Below the pieces are notes generated by a model, which had not been told where the DNA came from, ran no database searches, and worked only from the letters and a program-made list of their open reading frames with translations. Below are positions 18,723 to 32,327 of a stretch of 35,748 bases of DNA, one piece after another. Each line of letters begins with the position of its first letter. The first letter of the stretch is position 1. The DNA is taken from the NCBI GenBank assembly GCA_029251065.1, contig JAQXEB010000247.1, positions 1-35,748 on the forward strand, in the 5' to 3' direction. This stretch comes from Luminiphilus sp. Lineage in GTDB: Bacteria; Pseudomonadota; Gammaproteobacteria; Pseudomonadales; Halieaceae. The translations under genes and the position numbers were made by a program.

Positions 18723-21700
18723 ATGCGCTTAAAGTCTATTTCGCTTGCCGGGTTCAAATCGTTTGTAGACCCGACCAAAGTCACACTACCGAGCAACATG
18801 TGTGCGGTGGTGGGCCCCAACGGCTGTGGAAAATCCAATATCATTGACGCCGTCCGTTGGGTCATGGGTGAAAGCTCAGCTAAGACGCTTCGCGGCGAGT
18901 CCATGTCCGACGTTATTTTTAACGGGACCACCCACAGGCAGCCCGTTGGACAGGCCTCTATTGAGCTTCTGTTTGATAATTCGACCGGCAAGGTCGGCGG
19001 CGAATATGCGGCGTACAGTGAGATTTCGGTGCGACGGTTGGTTACACGCGAGGGCGCCTCAGACTACTTCCTGAACGGCAACAAGTGCCGCCGACGTGAT
19101 ATTACCGATCTTTTTTTAGGCACAGGCCTCGGACCTCGTAGTTACGCGATTATTGAGCAAGGGATGATTTCTCGCCTCATAGAGTCGCGCCCAGAGGATC
19201 TTCGCGTTTACATTGAAGAAGCCGCGGGCATTTCGAAATACAAAGAGCGTCGGCGCGAAACTGAAAACCGTATGCAGCGGACGCTGGATAATCTAGATCG
19301 TCTCACAGACTTACGTGAAGAGCTTGAGCGTAATTTAGGGCACTTGAAGCGTCAGGCACAGGCGGCCGAGCGTTACGCGTTATATAAGACGGAAGAGCGA
19401 GGACTGAAGGCTCAGTTGTTGGTGCTGCAGCGCCAAGTCCAAGCGAGTGTTGAAAGCCGTGCGCAGCGTGAGATTGACGAATTTGCGACTGAAAAAGAGC
19501 GCTATCAATCGGAGGTGTCGGCGTCTGTGGCTGATATCGAGTTATTGAGGCAAAACATTACTGAAGCGAATACTTCAACGGGCGAGCTTCAGGGTAGTTT
19601 TTATTCGCTCGGCAGCGAAGTGAGTCAGATCGAGCAGTCGATTAACTTTGCTAAACAACGTCGCGAGACATTGGCCAAGGACCTCGAACAAACCTTGCAA
19701 GGAAAACAGCGCGAGCTCGGACTGATGGACTCTGACAGTCAGCGTCTGAACGAGCTTTCCGAAGCGCTGACCTCCATCGAGCCGACACTGGCGCGCGAGC
19801 GCGAGGAAGTGGCGCGCGTTGATAAATCGCTTCAAGAAGCCGAAAAAATTGCGGCCACTGCGGACGGCGACTGGGACAGTTTCACGCAACGTGCCGCAGT
19901 GCCTCGCCAGCAGGTAGAGGTTCAGCAGGGGCGCCAGGCTAATGCGGAACGTAATTTAGTGACGTTAACTGAGCGGTTGTCGCGCATTGAGACTGAGCTT
20001 GAGCAGCTGAGTCAGGCTGCCGACGACCAGGATATTGACTCAATGAGTGACGCGCTGCAGGTCGCACAAGCGAGCGTTACCCGCGCCAGAGAAAATTTAG
20101 ACGATTTAAAAAATGCGTTGGGCGAATCCCGCGCCAAGCTCGAGACACTGCGTCAGCAGCAGGACGAGCTGCGCCGACAAGTACAGGCGCTCAGCGGGCA
20201 GCGAGCGTCGCTGGAGGCGTTGCAGTCTGATGCACGCGAAGAGAACGGTGGTCAGTCAGTGACTGATTGGCTTCGGGTGCAAGGTGTTGAAAAACATGGC
20301 CTTGTATTGGATGCGATTTCTGTCGATGCGGGCTACGAGGCAGCGGCTGATCTCGTTCTGGGCGATTGGCTCTCGGCGTTTCGCGCGGAGCTGGCCTCTT
20401 TCGATGCGCTGGATACAGAGCCGTCTTCGGGCCTGCGGTTGGTGGGGCTTTCAAGCGCGAGTCGTTCAACTGAACCGTCCATGCTGGCGCATTATCTAGA
20501 CGTTCCAGAGGCTGTCCAGCACGTGATCGCCGAGGTGCAGGTGGTTGAGGATTGGCGTACTGCTCTCGCGCAGCGCCCGACATTGTCTGATGGCGCATCG
20601 ATCGTATCAAAGGATGGACTGTGGGTGTCCAAGTATTGGATTCGCACTCGATCCGAGGCGGATGCCGAGCAGGGCATTATTGCGAGGCAAGCACGTTTAA
20701 GTGGCGTTATTGAGGCGTTCGACCGTGTGACCGCGGAGCTCAGTCGTACGGATGCGGCGATTTCAGAGCACCAAGCATTGCGCTCTGAAATTGAACAGTC
20801 AATTGATGCAGCGCAGGAATCAATGCAAGTGGCGCAGCACGACGCGAGTCGTTTGGACGCTCAAAAGCGGGCACTCTTAGCGCAACAGGAACAACGGCAA
20901 GCTCGAGAGGCGCAGTTGCGCCAAGACCTATCAGATCTAGAAGTGCGCGGCACAGAAGAGCGGGCGGTGATTGCTCAAGCGACCCAGATGCTCGGTCGCG
21001 CAAAAATTCAAGTGGAGTCGGATGAGTCGGTCCGAAGCGAGCTGGAGTCGGCGCGAGAAACTGCGCGTGAGCACGTGCGGCAGAGTCGTCAGGCGAAACA
21101 GCAGGCTGATGTTGCGCTCAACCGCAGCGAGGTGAGAAATCGCGAGTTACTTACCCAGCAAGCGGCGTTGCGTCAGTCCATTGAGCGTGCGAGACAACAG
21201 GTTGTAAGCTACGAGGAGCGAGAGGCCGCCATTCGTGGCGAGATGCCCACCGACGAAAACCCCGACCTTGAAGCACAGCAAGTACTGAGTCAGCTTCTCG
21301 AAAAGCGCTTGGGTGTTGAGGCGCAGCTTACTCAGGCGCGGCAGGGGTTGTCAGAGCTCGAAACGACTTTGCGCGATAAGGAGCAGGCCCGAATGAAGGC
21401 GGAGCAGTCCGTTGCCGGCGTGCAGACGCGCAGTGAGGGCGCTCGCCTTAAACTGGCTGAGACAGGCGTCCGTCTTGAGCAGATTGACAGGGCACTTGCT
21501 GAGCTTGACGCCGATGTGGCCGCTGTTGAAGCAGACTTGCCGGAGGATGCTGAGGAGACAGAGTGGCTGGTCCGTGTCGAACGTATTGGCGCCAAAATCC
21601 ATCGGCTTGGGCCGATAAACCTCGCAGCGATTGATGAAACAACGCGCGCCAAAGAGCGAAAAGAATACCTGGACGCGCAAGATAACGATCTGCGGACGGC

Positions 21701-22220
21701 GCTCGAGACGCTTCAAAACGCCATTAAAAAGATTGATAAGGAAACGCGCAGTCGCTTCAAGGATACCTTCGACACCGTTAACGCGGGCTTTAGTGAGCTG
21801 TTCCCCAAAGTGTTTGGTGGCGGGACAGCCTTTCTCGAGATGACGGGTGATGACCTCTTGGACACGGGCGTTTCAATTATGGCCCGACCACCGGGTAAGA
21901 AAAACAGCACCATTCATCTGCTGTCTGGCGGCGAAAAAGCGATGACCGCCATCGCGCTGGTGTTCTCTATTTTCCAGCTTAATCCGGCGCCGTTTTGCAT
22001 GCTTGATGAGGTGGATGCACCGTTAGATGACGCAAACGTTGGGCGTTATGCGCGTCTCGTGTCAGAAATGTCGAAGAAGGTGCAGTTTGTCTTTATCACG
22101 CACAATAAGATCACTATGGAAGCAGCTGAGCAATTGATGGGCGTTACCATGCATGAGCCTGGTGTCTCGAGATTAGTCACCGTTGACATCGAGGAAGCTG
22201 CACGACTCGCCGCGAGCTAA
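18723..22220 (+). CDS. smc: Chromosome segregation protein SMC
   Basis: GFKSF, Walker A GPNGCGKSN, long coiled coils with central hinge, LSGGE, MLDEVDAPLD. Confidence 0.98.
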   Translation: MRLKSISLAGFKSFVDPTKVTLPSNMCAVVGPNGCGKSNIIDAVRWVMGESSAKTLRGESMSDVIFNGTTHRQPVGQASIELLFDNSTGKVGGEYAAYSEISVRRLVTREGASDYFLNGNKCRRRDITDLFLGTGLGPRSYAIIEQGMISRLIESRPEDLRVYIEEAAGISKYKERRRETENRMQRTLDNLDRLTDLREELERNLGHLKRQAQAAERYALYKTEERGLKAQLLVLQRQVQASVESRAQREIDEFATEKERYQSEVSASVADIELLRQNITEANTSTGELQGSFYSLGSEVSQIEQSINFAKQRRETLAKDLEQTLQGKQRELGLMDSDSQRLNELSEALTSIEPTLAREREEVARVDKSLQEAEKIAATADGDWDSFTQRAAVPRQQVEVQQGRQANAERNLVTLTERLSRIETELEQLSQAADDQDIDSMSDALQVAQASVTRARENLDDLKNALGESRAKLETLRQQQDELRRQVQALSGQRASLEALQSDAREENGGQSVTDWLRVQGVEKHGLVLDAISVDAGYEAAADLVLGDWLSAFRAELASFDALDTEPSSGLRLVGLSSASRSTEPSMLAHYLDVPEAVQHVIAEVQVVEDWRTALAQRPTLSDGASIVSKDGLWVSKYWIRTRSEADAEQGIIARQARLSGVIEAFDRVTAELSRTDAAISEHQALRSEIEQSIDAAQESMQVAQHDASRLDAQKRALLAQQEQRQAREAQLRQDLSDLEVRGTEERAVIAQATQMLGRAKIQVESDESVRSELESARETAREHVRQSRQAKQQADVALNRSEVRNRELLTQQAALRQSIERARQQVVSYEEREAAIRGEMPTDENPDLEAQQVLSQLLEKRLGVEAQLTQARQGLSELETTLRDKEQARMKAEQSVAGVQTRSEGARLKLAETGVRLEQIDRALAELDADVAAVEADLPEDAEETEWLVRVERIGAKIHRLGPINLAAIDETTRAKERKEYLDAQDNDLRTALETLQNAIKKIDKETRSRFKDTFDTVNAGFSELFPKVFGGGTAFLEMTGDDLLDTGVSIMARPPGKKNSTIHLLSGGEKAMTAIALVFSIFQLNPAPFCMLDEVDAPLDDANVGRYARLVSEMSKKVQFVFITHNKITMEAAEQLMGVTMHEPGVSRLVTVDIEEAARLAAS

Positions 22221-22228
22221 GGAAAGAG

Positions 22229-25772
<3,544 letters not shown>

Positions 25773-25774
25773 GG

Positions 25775-25808
25775 GCGTCATGTCGTTGTCACTTTATTAT
25801 TATTTAAT
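25775..25808 (+). promoter_or_regulatory. Pho box plus -10 element for phoB operon
   Basis: GCGTCAT-GTCG-TTGTCAC (25775-25792) has two CTGTCAT-like heptads with 11-bp period, followed 10 bp later by TTTAAT (25803-25808), the canonical Pho-promoter geometry. Confidence 0.7.
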
Positions 25809-25834
25809 GGGCGAGACTGAGAGGGTTTTGCGTA

Positions 25835-26545
25835 ATGACAGCACAAAAGGTACTAATCGTTGATGACGAGTTCTCGATTCGCGACATGCTCCGTATGGCG
25901 CTGGAGATCTCTGATTTTGAGTGTTTAGAAGCTGCAAACATTCAGGATGCCCACCGGATTATCGTGGATGAGCGTCCATCGATTGTGCTACTCGATTGGA
26001 TGCTCCCTGGGGGGAGTGGCCTTGAGCTGCTGAGGCGATTGAAGCGCAGCGACACGACTGCCGAGATTCCGGTCATCATGCTGACCGCCAAGACTGCTGA
26101 AGAAAACATTGTCCAAGGCCTGGATTTGGGAGCAGATGACTACGTCACCAAACCCTTTGCACCTCGAGAGCTCATCGCTCGCATTAAGGCCCTGCTGCGT
26201 CGGAGCGAGGCGGGGGACCAACGAGGTCTTCTTGAAGTCGAGCAGTTGGTGCTTGACGTGGATGGTCGACGCGTTTTTGTTGCGAATGCGCCTATTGAAA
26301 TGGGCCCTACCGAATTCAATTTATTACTGTTTTTTATGTCCCACCCAGAGCGCGCATACACCCGGAATCAGCTTTTAGATCATATTTGGGGCGCTAATGT
26401 TTATGTGGAAGAGCGCACGGTCGATGTTCATATCCGTCGTCTGCGAAAGGCCCTAGAGGGCGGGGTAGTTGATTACAGCGACTTGGTGCAGACGGTTAGG
26501 GGAACGGGGTATCGGTTCTCGGCAAAGGGCATGGTAGCCGAGTGA
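25835..26545 (+). CDS. phoB: Phosphate regulon response regulator PhoB
   Basis: LLDWMLPGGSG receiver, GADDYVTKPF, MGPTEF, WGANVYVEERTVDVHIRRLRKAL, QTVRGTGYRFS. Confidence 0.97.
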   Translation: MTAQKVLIVDDEFSIRDMLRMALEISDFECLEAANIQDAHRIIVDERPSIVLLDWMLPGGSGLELLRRLKRSDTTAEIPVIMLTAKTAEENIVQGLDLGADDYVTKPFAPRELIARIKALLRRSEAGDQRGLLEVEQLVLDVDGRRVFVANAPIEMGPTEFNLLLFFMSHPERAYTRNQLLDHIWGANVYVEERTVDVHIRRLRKALEGGVVDYSDLVQTVRGTGYRFSAKGMVAE

Positions 26546-27831
26546 GTCTCTCGCGCCACTGGTGGCGTGCCCTAACAAGACTTGTTGTTATTATTTGTCT
26601 GGGCGCGTTGTTCGGAATCTTTCTTGGAAATATTGTGGGAGGACTCAGCGTTGCCTTGGCGCTGGTCTTGCTGTTTTGGAATATTCAGCTTTTTCGGATG
26701 GAACGGTGGCTGTCTAATTCAAAGAGTGACCCTCCGGAAGCAAGTGGGGTTTGGGGGAGGCTTTTCGATCACGTCTACCGTCTGCAACGCCAAAGTAAAG
26801 AGGCCCAAGGGCGCTTAGCGTCTTCGTTGGAATACCTGCAAGCGTCGCTGAAATCATTGCGAGACGCTGCGCTGATCACGGACCCCAGAGGCAATATAGT
26901 CTGGGTTAACGATTCCGCTGAGTCGTTGTTGAGCATTACTTTGGTGCACGACGTTGGCCGTCCGCTGCTAAATCTTATGCGCGCACCGGAGCTGAGTGAA
27001 TACCTCACCTGTGGAGAGTACAAGTCACCACTGCGAATGCCCCCAACCCCTGAGCAGGATAAGTGTCTGCAGGTTGAAGTGTCGATCTTTGGTTCAGGCG
27101 ACCGACTGATCTTTGTCAAAGACATCACTGAGCAATACAAGCTCGAGATGATGCGCCGCGATTTCGTAGGGAACGTCTCGCATGAGCTAAGAACACCTCT
27201 GACGGTGTTAAAAGGGTACGTGGAAAATCTTGGATTATTGAGCGATGACGTGGTCACGCAAATACAACGCCCACTGTCGCAAATGGACATGCAAGTGGGG
27301 CGTATGGAAGTGCTGCTTAAGGATTTATTATGGTTGTCGCGAATCGAATCCATAGAAAACACAGATAAAACCTCACCCGTAAACGTGGGTAATTTGATTG
27401 TGGAAATTGTAGATGGGTTAAGAGCTGCATGGCCCGACCGGCTCATTAGCCTTTGTTTGAGTCATGAGGGCCTCATTTTTGGCGACGTGATCGAGTTGCA
27501 CAGTGCGATCAGCAATCTCATCGTTAACGCCTTGAAGTACAGTGACTCAGAATCGGAGGTCACGGTAGAGTGGTTCGCGCGCAATAACAGACCCGTTCTT
27601 AGAGTTGTTGATCGAGGAGAGGGGATTGAGGAGCATCACATTCCACGCCTGACTGAGCGTTTTTACCGTATTGATAAGAGCCGAAGTCAGAGCACAGGCG
27701 GCACGGGCTTGGGCCTTGCGATCGTGAAGCACGTGGCGCTGTCACACAACGCGGAGCTCAAGATTGAGAGTATTCCGGGCGAGGGCTCCGTTTTTTCAAT
27801 CCTATTCAGCGCCAATGAAGCGACTCTTTAG
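26542..27831 (+). CDS. phoR: Phosphate regulon sensor kinase PhoR
   Basis: Two N-terminal TMs, PAS region, MRRDFVGNVSHELRTPL, NLIVNALKY, RLTERFYRIDKSRS, GGTGLGLAIVKH. Confidence 0.96.
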   Translation: MSLSRHWWRALTRLVVIICLGALFGIFLGNIVGGLSVALALVLLFWNIQLFRMERWLSNSKSDPPEASGVWGRLFDHVYRLQRQSKEAQGRLASSLEYLQASLKSLRDAALITDPRGNIVWVNDSAESLLSITLVHDVGRPLLNLMRAPELSEYLTCGEYKSPLRMPPTPEQDKCLQVEVSIFGSGDRLIFVKDITEQYKLEMMRRDFVGNVSHELRTPLTVLKGYVENLGLLSDDVVTQIQRPLSQMDMQVGRMEVLLKDLLWLSRIESIENTDKTSPVNVGNLIVEIVDGLRAAWPDRLISLCLSHEGLIFGDVIELHSAISNLIVNALKYSDSESEVTVEWFARNNRPVLRVVDRGEGIEEHHIPRLTERFYRIDKSRSQSTGGTGLGLAIVKHVALSHNAELKIESIPGEGSVFSILFSANEATL

Positions 27832-28741
27832 ACGATTTTTTGTTGTTTCGGTGCTGGTTAGCTCATCGCTTGTGTGGGCGCAGTCTGATGACGAAAGTGA
27901 TCGTAGTCTGATCATCGTGGGTTCAGACACACTCGCTAAAGTTGTCACAGCGTGGGCCGAACAATTTTACGTTCTTAATCCGACAGTCTTGGTTGAGGTT
28001 CAGGCTGTGGGCTCAGCGGCGACGCCCCCGGCACTGCTATTGGGGACGGCAACGATCGGGACTATGAGTCGTCGGATGAATGCCGATGAGCGGGACGCTT
28101 TTGCCGTTAGACGGCAGAGACCCCCAATTGAAATTTCGCTGGCAGTAGATGCTGTAGTGTTGATCGTGCATCAGCAAAACCCCTTGAAAAGTGTGTCAAT
28201 GGCGGAAGTCGGTCAGATATTTGGTATGCCGGGCACCTGTGGGAGCTCAATGCGTCCTATCGTTTGGCGAGACTTGCGAGAAGACAGCCCATTGGCGAAT
28301 CGGAAAATACAAGTCTTTGGCAGAACCGCGACCAGTGGCACGTATCAATATTTTCGGCGTATCGCCCTGTGCGATGGGGATCCCGGTATTTTTGTCAATG
28401 AGATACCGGGCGGGGCGGGTATCGTCAATACAGTAGCAAGGGTCCCGGGTGGCATTGGCTACACGGCGACAAGCTATACCTCAAACGACGTCAAAATATT
28501 AGGTATTGAACGACCGGATGGGCGCATTTTGTACCCAGATGATCCTGAGTATCCGCTAAAGCGAACGCTTTACCTGTACCTGATGACTGACGTTAGCTCA
28601 GAATCGCGGTCTATTGAATGCGAATTTGTAGCCTACGTTGCGAGCGAGAAGGGTCGCGATCTCTTGATAAATGCAGGCTTTAGTATTCCGCAAGTTCCTG
28701 ATTCCCAGTCTGCACGGGGCGTAGCCGATGCCTGTGGCTAA
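27815..28741 (+). CDS. pstS: Phosphate ABC transporter substrate-binding protein PstS (Pseudomonas-type, divergent)
   Basis: Signal peptide from ATG 27815, VGSDTL, PPAL, MSR, AVDA, GRTATSGTY, GIGY, YPL.R.LY. Located between phoR and pstC. Confidence 0.88.
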   Translation: MKRLFRRFFVVSVLVSSSLVWAQSDDESDRSLIIVGSDTLAKVVTAWAEQFYVLNPTVLVEVQAVGSAATPPALLLGTATIGTMSRRMNADERDAFAVRRQRPPIEISLAVDAVVLIVHQQNPLKSVSMAEVGQIFGMPGTCGSSMRPIVWRDLREDSPLANRKIQVFGRTATSGTYQYFRRIALCDGDPGIFVNEIPGGAGIVNTVARVPGGIGYTATSYTSNDVKILGIERPDGRILYPDDPEYPLKRTLYLYLMTDVSSESRSIECEFVAYVASEKGRDLLINAGFSIPQVPDSQSARGVADACG

Positions 28742-30464
28742 TTGGCGCCATTTCAAGTCTGTGAGTCTGGGATTGCTGATAAGAGTCGCGAGTTTTACCG
28801 TGATCTTTGCGCTGTTGGGAATGGTTGTGCAAATGATGGTGGTGGCGGCGCCTATTTTTGCCGCTAGCACTCTAGAGCGCATCGATGCACCTGATGGGGG
28901 TAGGGGTGTACCTGTGTCGCGAGCTGAGTCGCAGGACGCAGACCTCAGGCAGCCAATCTACTGGGTCTCAAAAGGAGGGTGGCAACTCATAGGCAATCCA
29001 GGCAATCCTTGGTTGTGGGTGCATGATCAAACCGCAGTTCGACTAAACGTTACCGAATTACCCTCAGACTTCTCGATTGCTCAAATGGTGGGTCATCAGA
29101 GAGGGCTTGCAGTACTGGTGGGCAACAGGCTGGAGCATTTCCACTTCTCGCAATCGACATCTATCAATGATGTGCCTGCCGTAGAGCGCGTGAAAACCGT
29201 TTTAGTGGATAGCGATATTGTTGCGTTAGCCGGGCATCCGCGACTTGCCGTGGTGGCCTTGGCAACGTCTTTGTCCGAAATACAGGTTGTTGATTTTCGA
29301 AACCCTGATGCCACGTTGCGTATTCAAGTGGATGTCGAGATCGATACAATTGCTTGGGTGTCGCCGTCGCTTATTCGCGCATTGACACCCTCTGGCGACG
29401 CCGTGCTGTTTGTGTTTCGAGCGACTGACATTGGGGGTGACTGGCGTCGTCTCTTTAGCCCGACTCAGTATGAAGGTTATCCGTCTGAGGAGTATCTGTG
29501 GTTACCCCTTCCCTCCGCGCAGGCGGCTGAGTCAAAATATTCAGTGACTCCTCTGATTTTTGGAACGCTCAAGGCGGCGTTGCTCGCCTTGCTGTTCTCC
29601 GTACCCTTAAGTTTGGGTTGTGCAATTTATGTGGGTTGCTTTATGTCAGAGGCTCAGCGGCAGCGAGTGCGACCTGCGATCGATATGCTGACCGCGTTTC
29701 CGACGGTGGTACTGGGCGCTATTGGTTTGTTTTGGCTTGCACCTCGCTTTGGTGAGTTTTTGTCTGCACTGATTGGCGTTATTGCCTTATTCCCGATTCT
29801 TGCGGTTTTAGGGATCTTTGGCGTCAGAGCACTGGGCTGGCGATGGGTGAGACACGACGCCTTAGATGACTGGCCCCTGAGATTGCTGCCCTTGGTTTTG
29901 CTGGTGATCGTATTGGGCGCTGCTGCAGGGTTGATTGGCGCGGCACAACTTCCCGGCGGGTCCCTTGAGGCCTACCTGTTGTCAACGGGCCTATCGATTT
30001 CGTACTTTAATTCACTGCTGGTTGGGATTGTTTTGGGCTTAGCGATTACCCCAACGATATTTTCTATTGCCGAGGAGGCGATCCATGCCGTGCCACGTAA
30101 CATGGCCGCGGGTGCTCTGGCCCTCGGATCCACACCTTGGCAGAGTTATCGCGACGTTGTGTTGCCTCTCGCATTACCTGGAATGATTGCAGCAATCATG
30201 GTCGGATTTGGAAGGGCGGCGGGTGAGACGATGATTCTCGTCATGTTGTCGGGCAACACTGGAATTTTGGACCTCAGTATCTTCGAAGGACTTCGCTCTG
30301 TTAGTGCATCACTGGCGCTAGAGTTGCCGGAAGCACCTAAAAAATCCTCGCATTACCAAGTGCTATTCGTGATGGGTGTTTTGCTTTTTGGCCTCACTTT
30401 TATCGTGAATACAGTGGCCGAGATTATTCGTTCGCGAGTAAGAATGCGCGTCAGGGGACTGTAA
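28728..30464 (+). CDS. pstC: Phosphate ABC transporter permease PstC with periplasmic insertion
   Basis: YEGYP...W, PLIFGTLKAA, PTVVLG, PTIFSIAEEAI, EAA-like ALALG loop, GRAAGETMI, ELPEA. Confidence 0.9.
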   Translation: MPVANWRHFKSVSLGLLIRVASFTVIFALLGMVVQMMVVAAPIFAASTLERIDAPDGGRGVPVSRAESQDADLRQPIYWVSKGGWQLIGNPGNPWLWVHDQTAVRLNVTELPSDFSIAQMVGHQRGLAVLVGNRLEHFHFSQSTSINDVPAVERVKTVLVDSDIVALAGHPRLAVVALATSLSEIQVVDFRNPDATLRIQVDVEIDTIAWVSPSLIRALTPSGDAVLFVFRATDIGGDWRRLFSPTQYEGYPSEEYLWLPLPSAQAAESKYSVTPLIFGTLKAALLALLFSVPLSLGCAIYVGCFMSEAQRQRVRPAIDMLTAFPTVVLGAIGLFWLAPRFGEFLSALIGVIALFPILAVLGIFGVRALGWRWVRHDALDDWPLRLLPLVLLVIVLGAAAGLIGAAQLPGGSLEAYLLSTGLSISYFNSLLVGIVLGLAITPTIFSIAEEAIHAVPRNMAAGALALGSTPWQSYRDVVLPLALPGMIAAIMVGFGRAAGETMILVMLSGNTGILDLSIFEGLRSVSASLALELPEAPKKSSHYQVLFVMGVLLFGLTFIVNTVAEIIRSRVRMRVRGL

Positions 30465-31486
30465 TGGGATCGAGCGCGACGATCAGACGACGTCGACTTT
30501 CGGGCTCTCGATTCGAGCGAGTGAGATCGCTCGCCATGCTCGGCCTATCGGCGAGCATGGTGTCTACCCTGCTGCTCATCGGAAGTGGCTTATTCGTTTT
30601 GCTGCTCGCCAGCGCTGGCGATTGGCTGTTCTTGTCTTCTGGGGGTCATGAAGACGGTGTTCTTGATCGATTAAATGATGTTCTCTTCGCCAAGCCAAAT
30701 GTAGAGAACGGTTTGACAGGGTTATTCCCCGCCATTGCAGGGACATTCTCACTCGTGATGGTTATGACGCTATTTGTAGCACCCCTAGGCGTCGCGACCG
30801 CCATTTACTTGTCTGAGTATGCAAAAGACACCTGGTATACCAAACTTATTCGGATCAGTATCACCAATCTTGCAGGCGTCCCCGCGATTATCTATGGCAT
30901 CTTCGGGCTTGGATTTTTTGTCTATGGACTTGGCGGACAGGTTGATGCGCTTTTTTATACGGATAGATTGCCCCGCCCGACATTCGGTACAACGGGTTTG
31001 CTTTGGGCTGCGCTCACGCTCGCTTTAGTCAACTTGCCCGTTGTGATCGTGGCCGTGACAGAGGGTCTTGATGCACTGTCGAATGACCTTCGCGAGGCCA
31101 GTATCGCTTTGGGCGCCACAAAGAGTGAAACGGTCTTCAAGGCCCTGATGCCGGCCGCCTTACCGAGTGTTTTTTCGGGATTGATTCTTGCGACCGCGCG
31201 CGCGGCCGGCGAGGTGTCACCACTGCTGCTCGTGGGGGCGGTCAAATTCTCGCCGTCACTCCCCCTGTCGAGTCGCGCGCCATTTATTGAATTTGAGCAG
31301 AAATTTATGCATCTGGGTTTTCAGCTATTTGACGCTGCGTTGTTTGCCCGCCTTCCGCCCGGAGGCCTTGGCTGGGTGGCATGCATCGCATTGATCCTCG
31401 TACTGTTAATCGGTGTTCTAAACTTAACCGCGGTCAGCTTAAGAACGGCCATTCTTAAACGCAAAACCTTTGAAAACCCCTTTTGA
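30464..31486 (+). CDS. pstA: Phosphate ABC transporter permease PstA
   Basis: [72 protein letters not shown] overlap with pstC. Confidence 0.92.
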   Translation: MGSSATIRRRRLSGSRFERVRSLAMLGLSASMVSTLLLIGSGLFVLLLASAGDWLFLSSGGHEDGVLDRLNDVLFAKPNVENGLTGLFPAIAGTFSLVMVMTLFVAPLGVATAIYLSEYAKDTWYTKLIRISITNLAGVPAIIYGIFGLGFFVYGLGGQVDALFYTDRLPRPTFGTTGLLWAALTLALVNLPVVIVAVTEGLDALSNDLREASIALGATKSETVFKALMPAALPSVFSGLILATARAAGEVSPLLLVGAVKFSPSLPLSSRAPFIEFEQKFMHLGFQLFDAALFARLPPGGLGWVACIALILVLLIGVLNLTAVSLRTAILKRKTFENPF

Positions 31487-32310
31487 GCGATGTGATCATG
31501 TTTGAACCGTTGAATGAAACAGACGTAAGACCCCACGTTGGGGAGGGAGATTCAATGGTGGCAGTCTCGGTGCGGCATCTGTCACTGGGGTATCGCGATA
31601 ATCCGAAAGCCTTAAAAGATATATCGGTTGATATTCCTGAGCGGGCCGTCACGGCCATTATTGGTGCGAGCGGCTGTGGCAAATCGACGCTGCTTCGCTG
31701 CATGAACCGGATGAACGATTTGATTGACGGCGTGCAATACAGTGGGGAGGTGATGCTGGATGGATTGAACATATTAAGCCCCGGTACTAACGTCACGGCG
31801 CTTCGCAGACGTGTTGGTATGGTGTTTCAAAGACCTAATCCCTTTCCGAAAACGGTATTCGAAAATGTGGCTTATGGACTCAAACTCAGTGGTGTGACGA
31901 GCACCCGCGAGCTAGAAGAGCAGGTTGAGCAAGCACTTCGAGCGGCAGCGTTGTGGGACGAAGTAAAAGATCGACTTGACGACTCCGCACTGAAGCTGTC
32001 GCAGGGCCAACAGCAACGCCTGGTCATTGCCAGAGCCTTAGCGTTAGAGCCACAGGTGTTGCTGCTGGATGAGCCTGCGTCGTCGCTGGATCCGACATCC
32101 ACCTTTCGGATTGAAGAACTGATCTACGAATTGAAACAATCGCACACCATAATAATCGTGACACACAACATGCAGCAGGCCGCTCGAGTTTCCGATTGCA
32201 CTGCGTTTATGCACGGTGGTCAGTTAGTGGAGTTTGGTCAAACAGAAACGATTTTCACGTTTCCAGTAAAACGTGAGACGGAGGACTACATTACGGGCCG
32301 TTACGGTTAA
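31483..32310 (+). CDS. pstB: Phosphate ABC transporter ATP-binding protein PstB
   Basis: [50 protein letters not shown]. Start uncertain (TTG 31483, ATG 31498, or ATG 31555 with a GGAG SD). Confidence 0.96.
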   Translation: MSDVIMFEPLNETDVRPHVGEGDSMVAVSVRHLSLGYRDNPKALKDISVDIPERAVTAIIGASGCGKSTLLRCMNRMNDLIDGVQYSGEVMLDGLNILSPGTNVTALRRRVGMVFQRPNPFPKTVFENVAYGLKLSGVTSTRELEEQVEQALRAAALWDEVKDRLDDSALKLSQGQQQRLVIARALALEPQVLLLDEPASSLDPTSTFRIEELIYELKQSHTIIIVTHNMQQAARVSDCTAFMHGGQLVEFGQTETIFTFPVKRETEDYITGRYG

Positions 32311-32327
32311 GGCCCGAAATATCTAAG

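Noticed and set aside
19200-21750. Repetitive-looking GCG/CAG/GAG-rich DNA in smc
   Set aside because: Explained by coiled-coil amino-acid composition. No true tandem DNA repeat was seen.
26775-27446. 223-aa antisense ORF inside phoR, and the other 60-170 aa shadow ORFs
   Set aside because: They lie fully within or opposite well-conserved genes, have Ser/Arg/Pro-rich shadow composition, and show no recognisable motifs.
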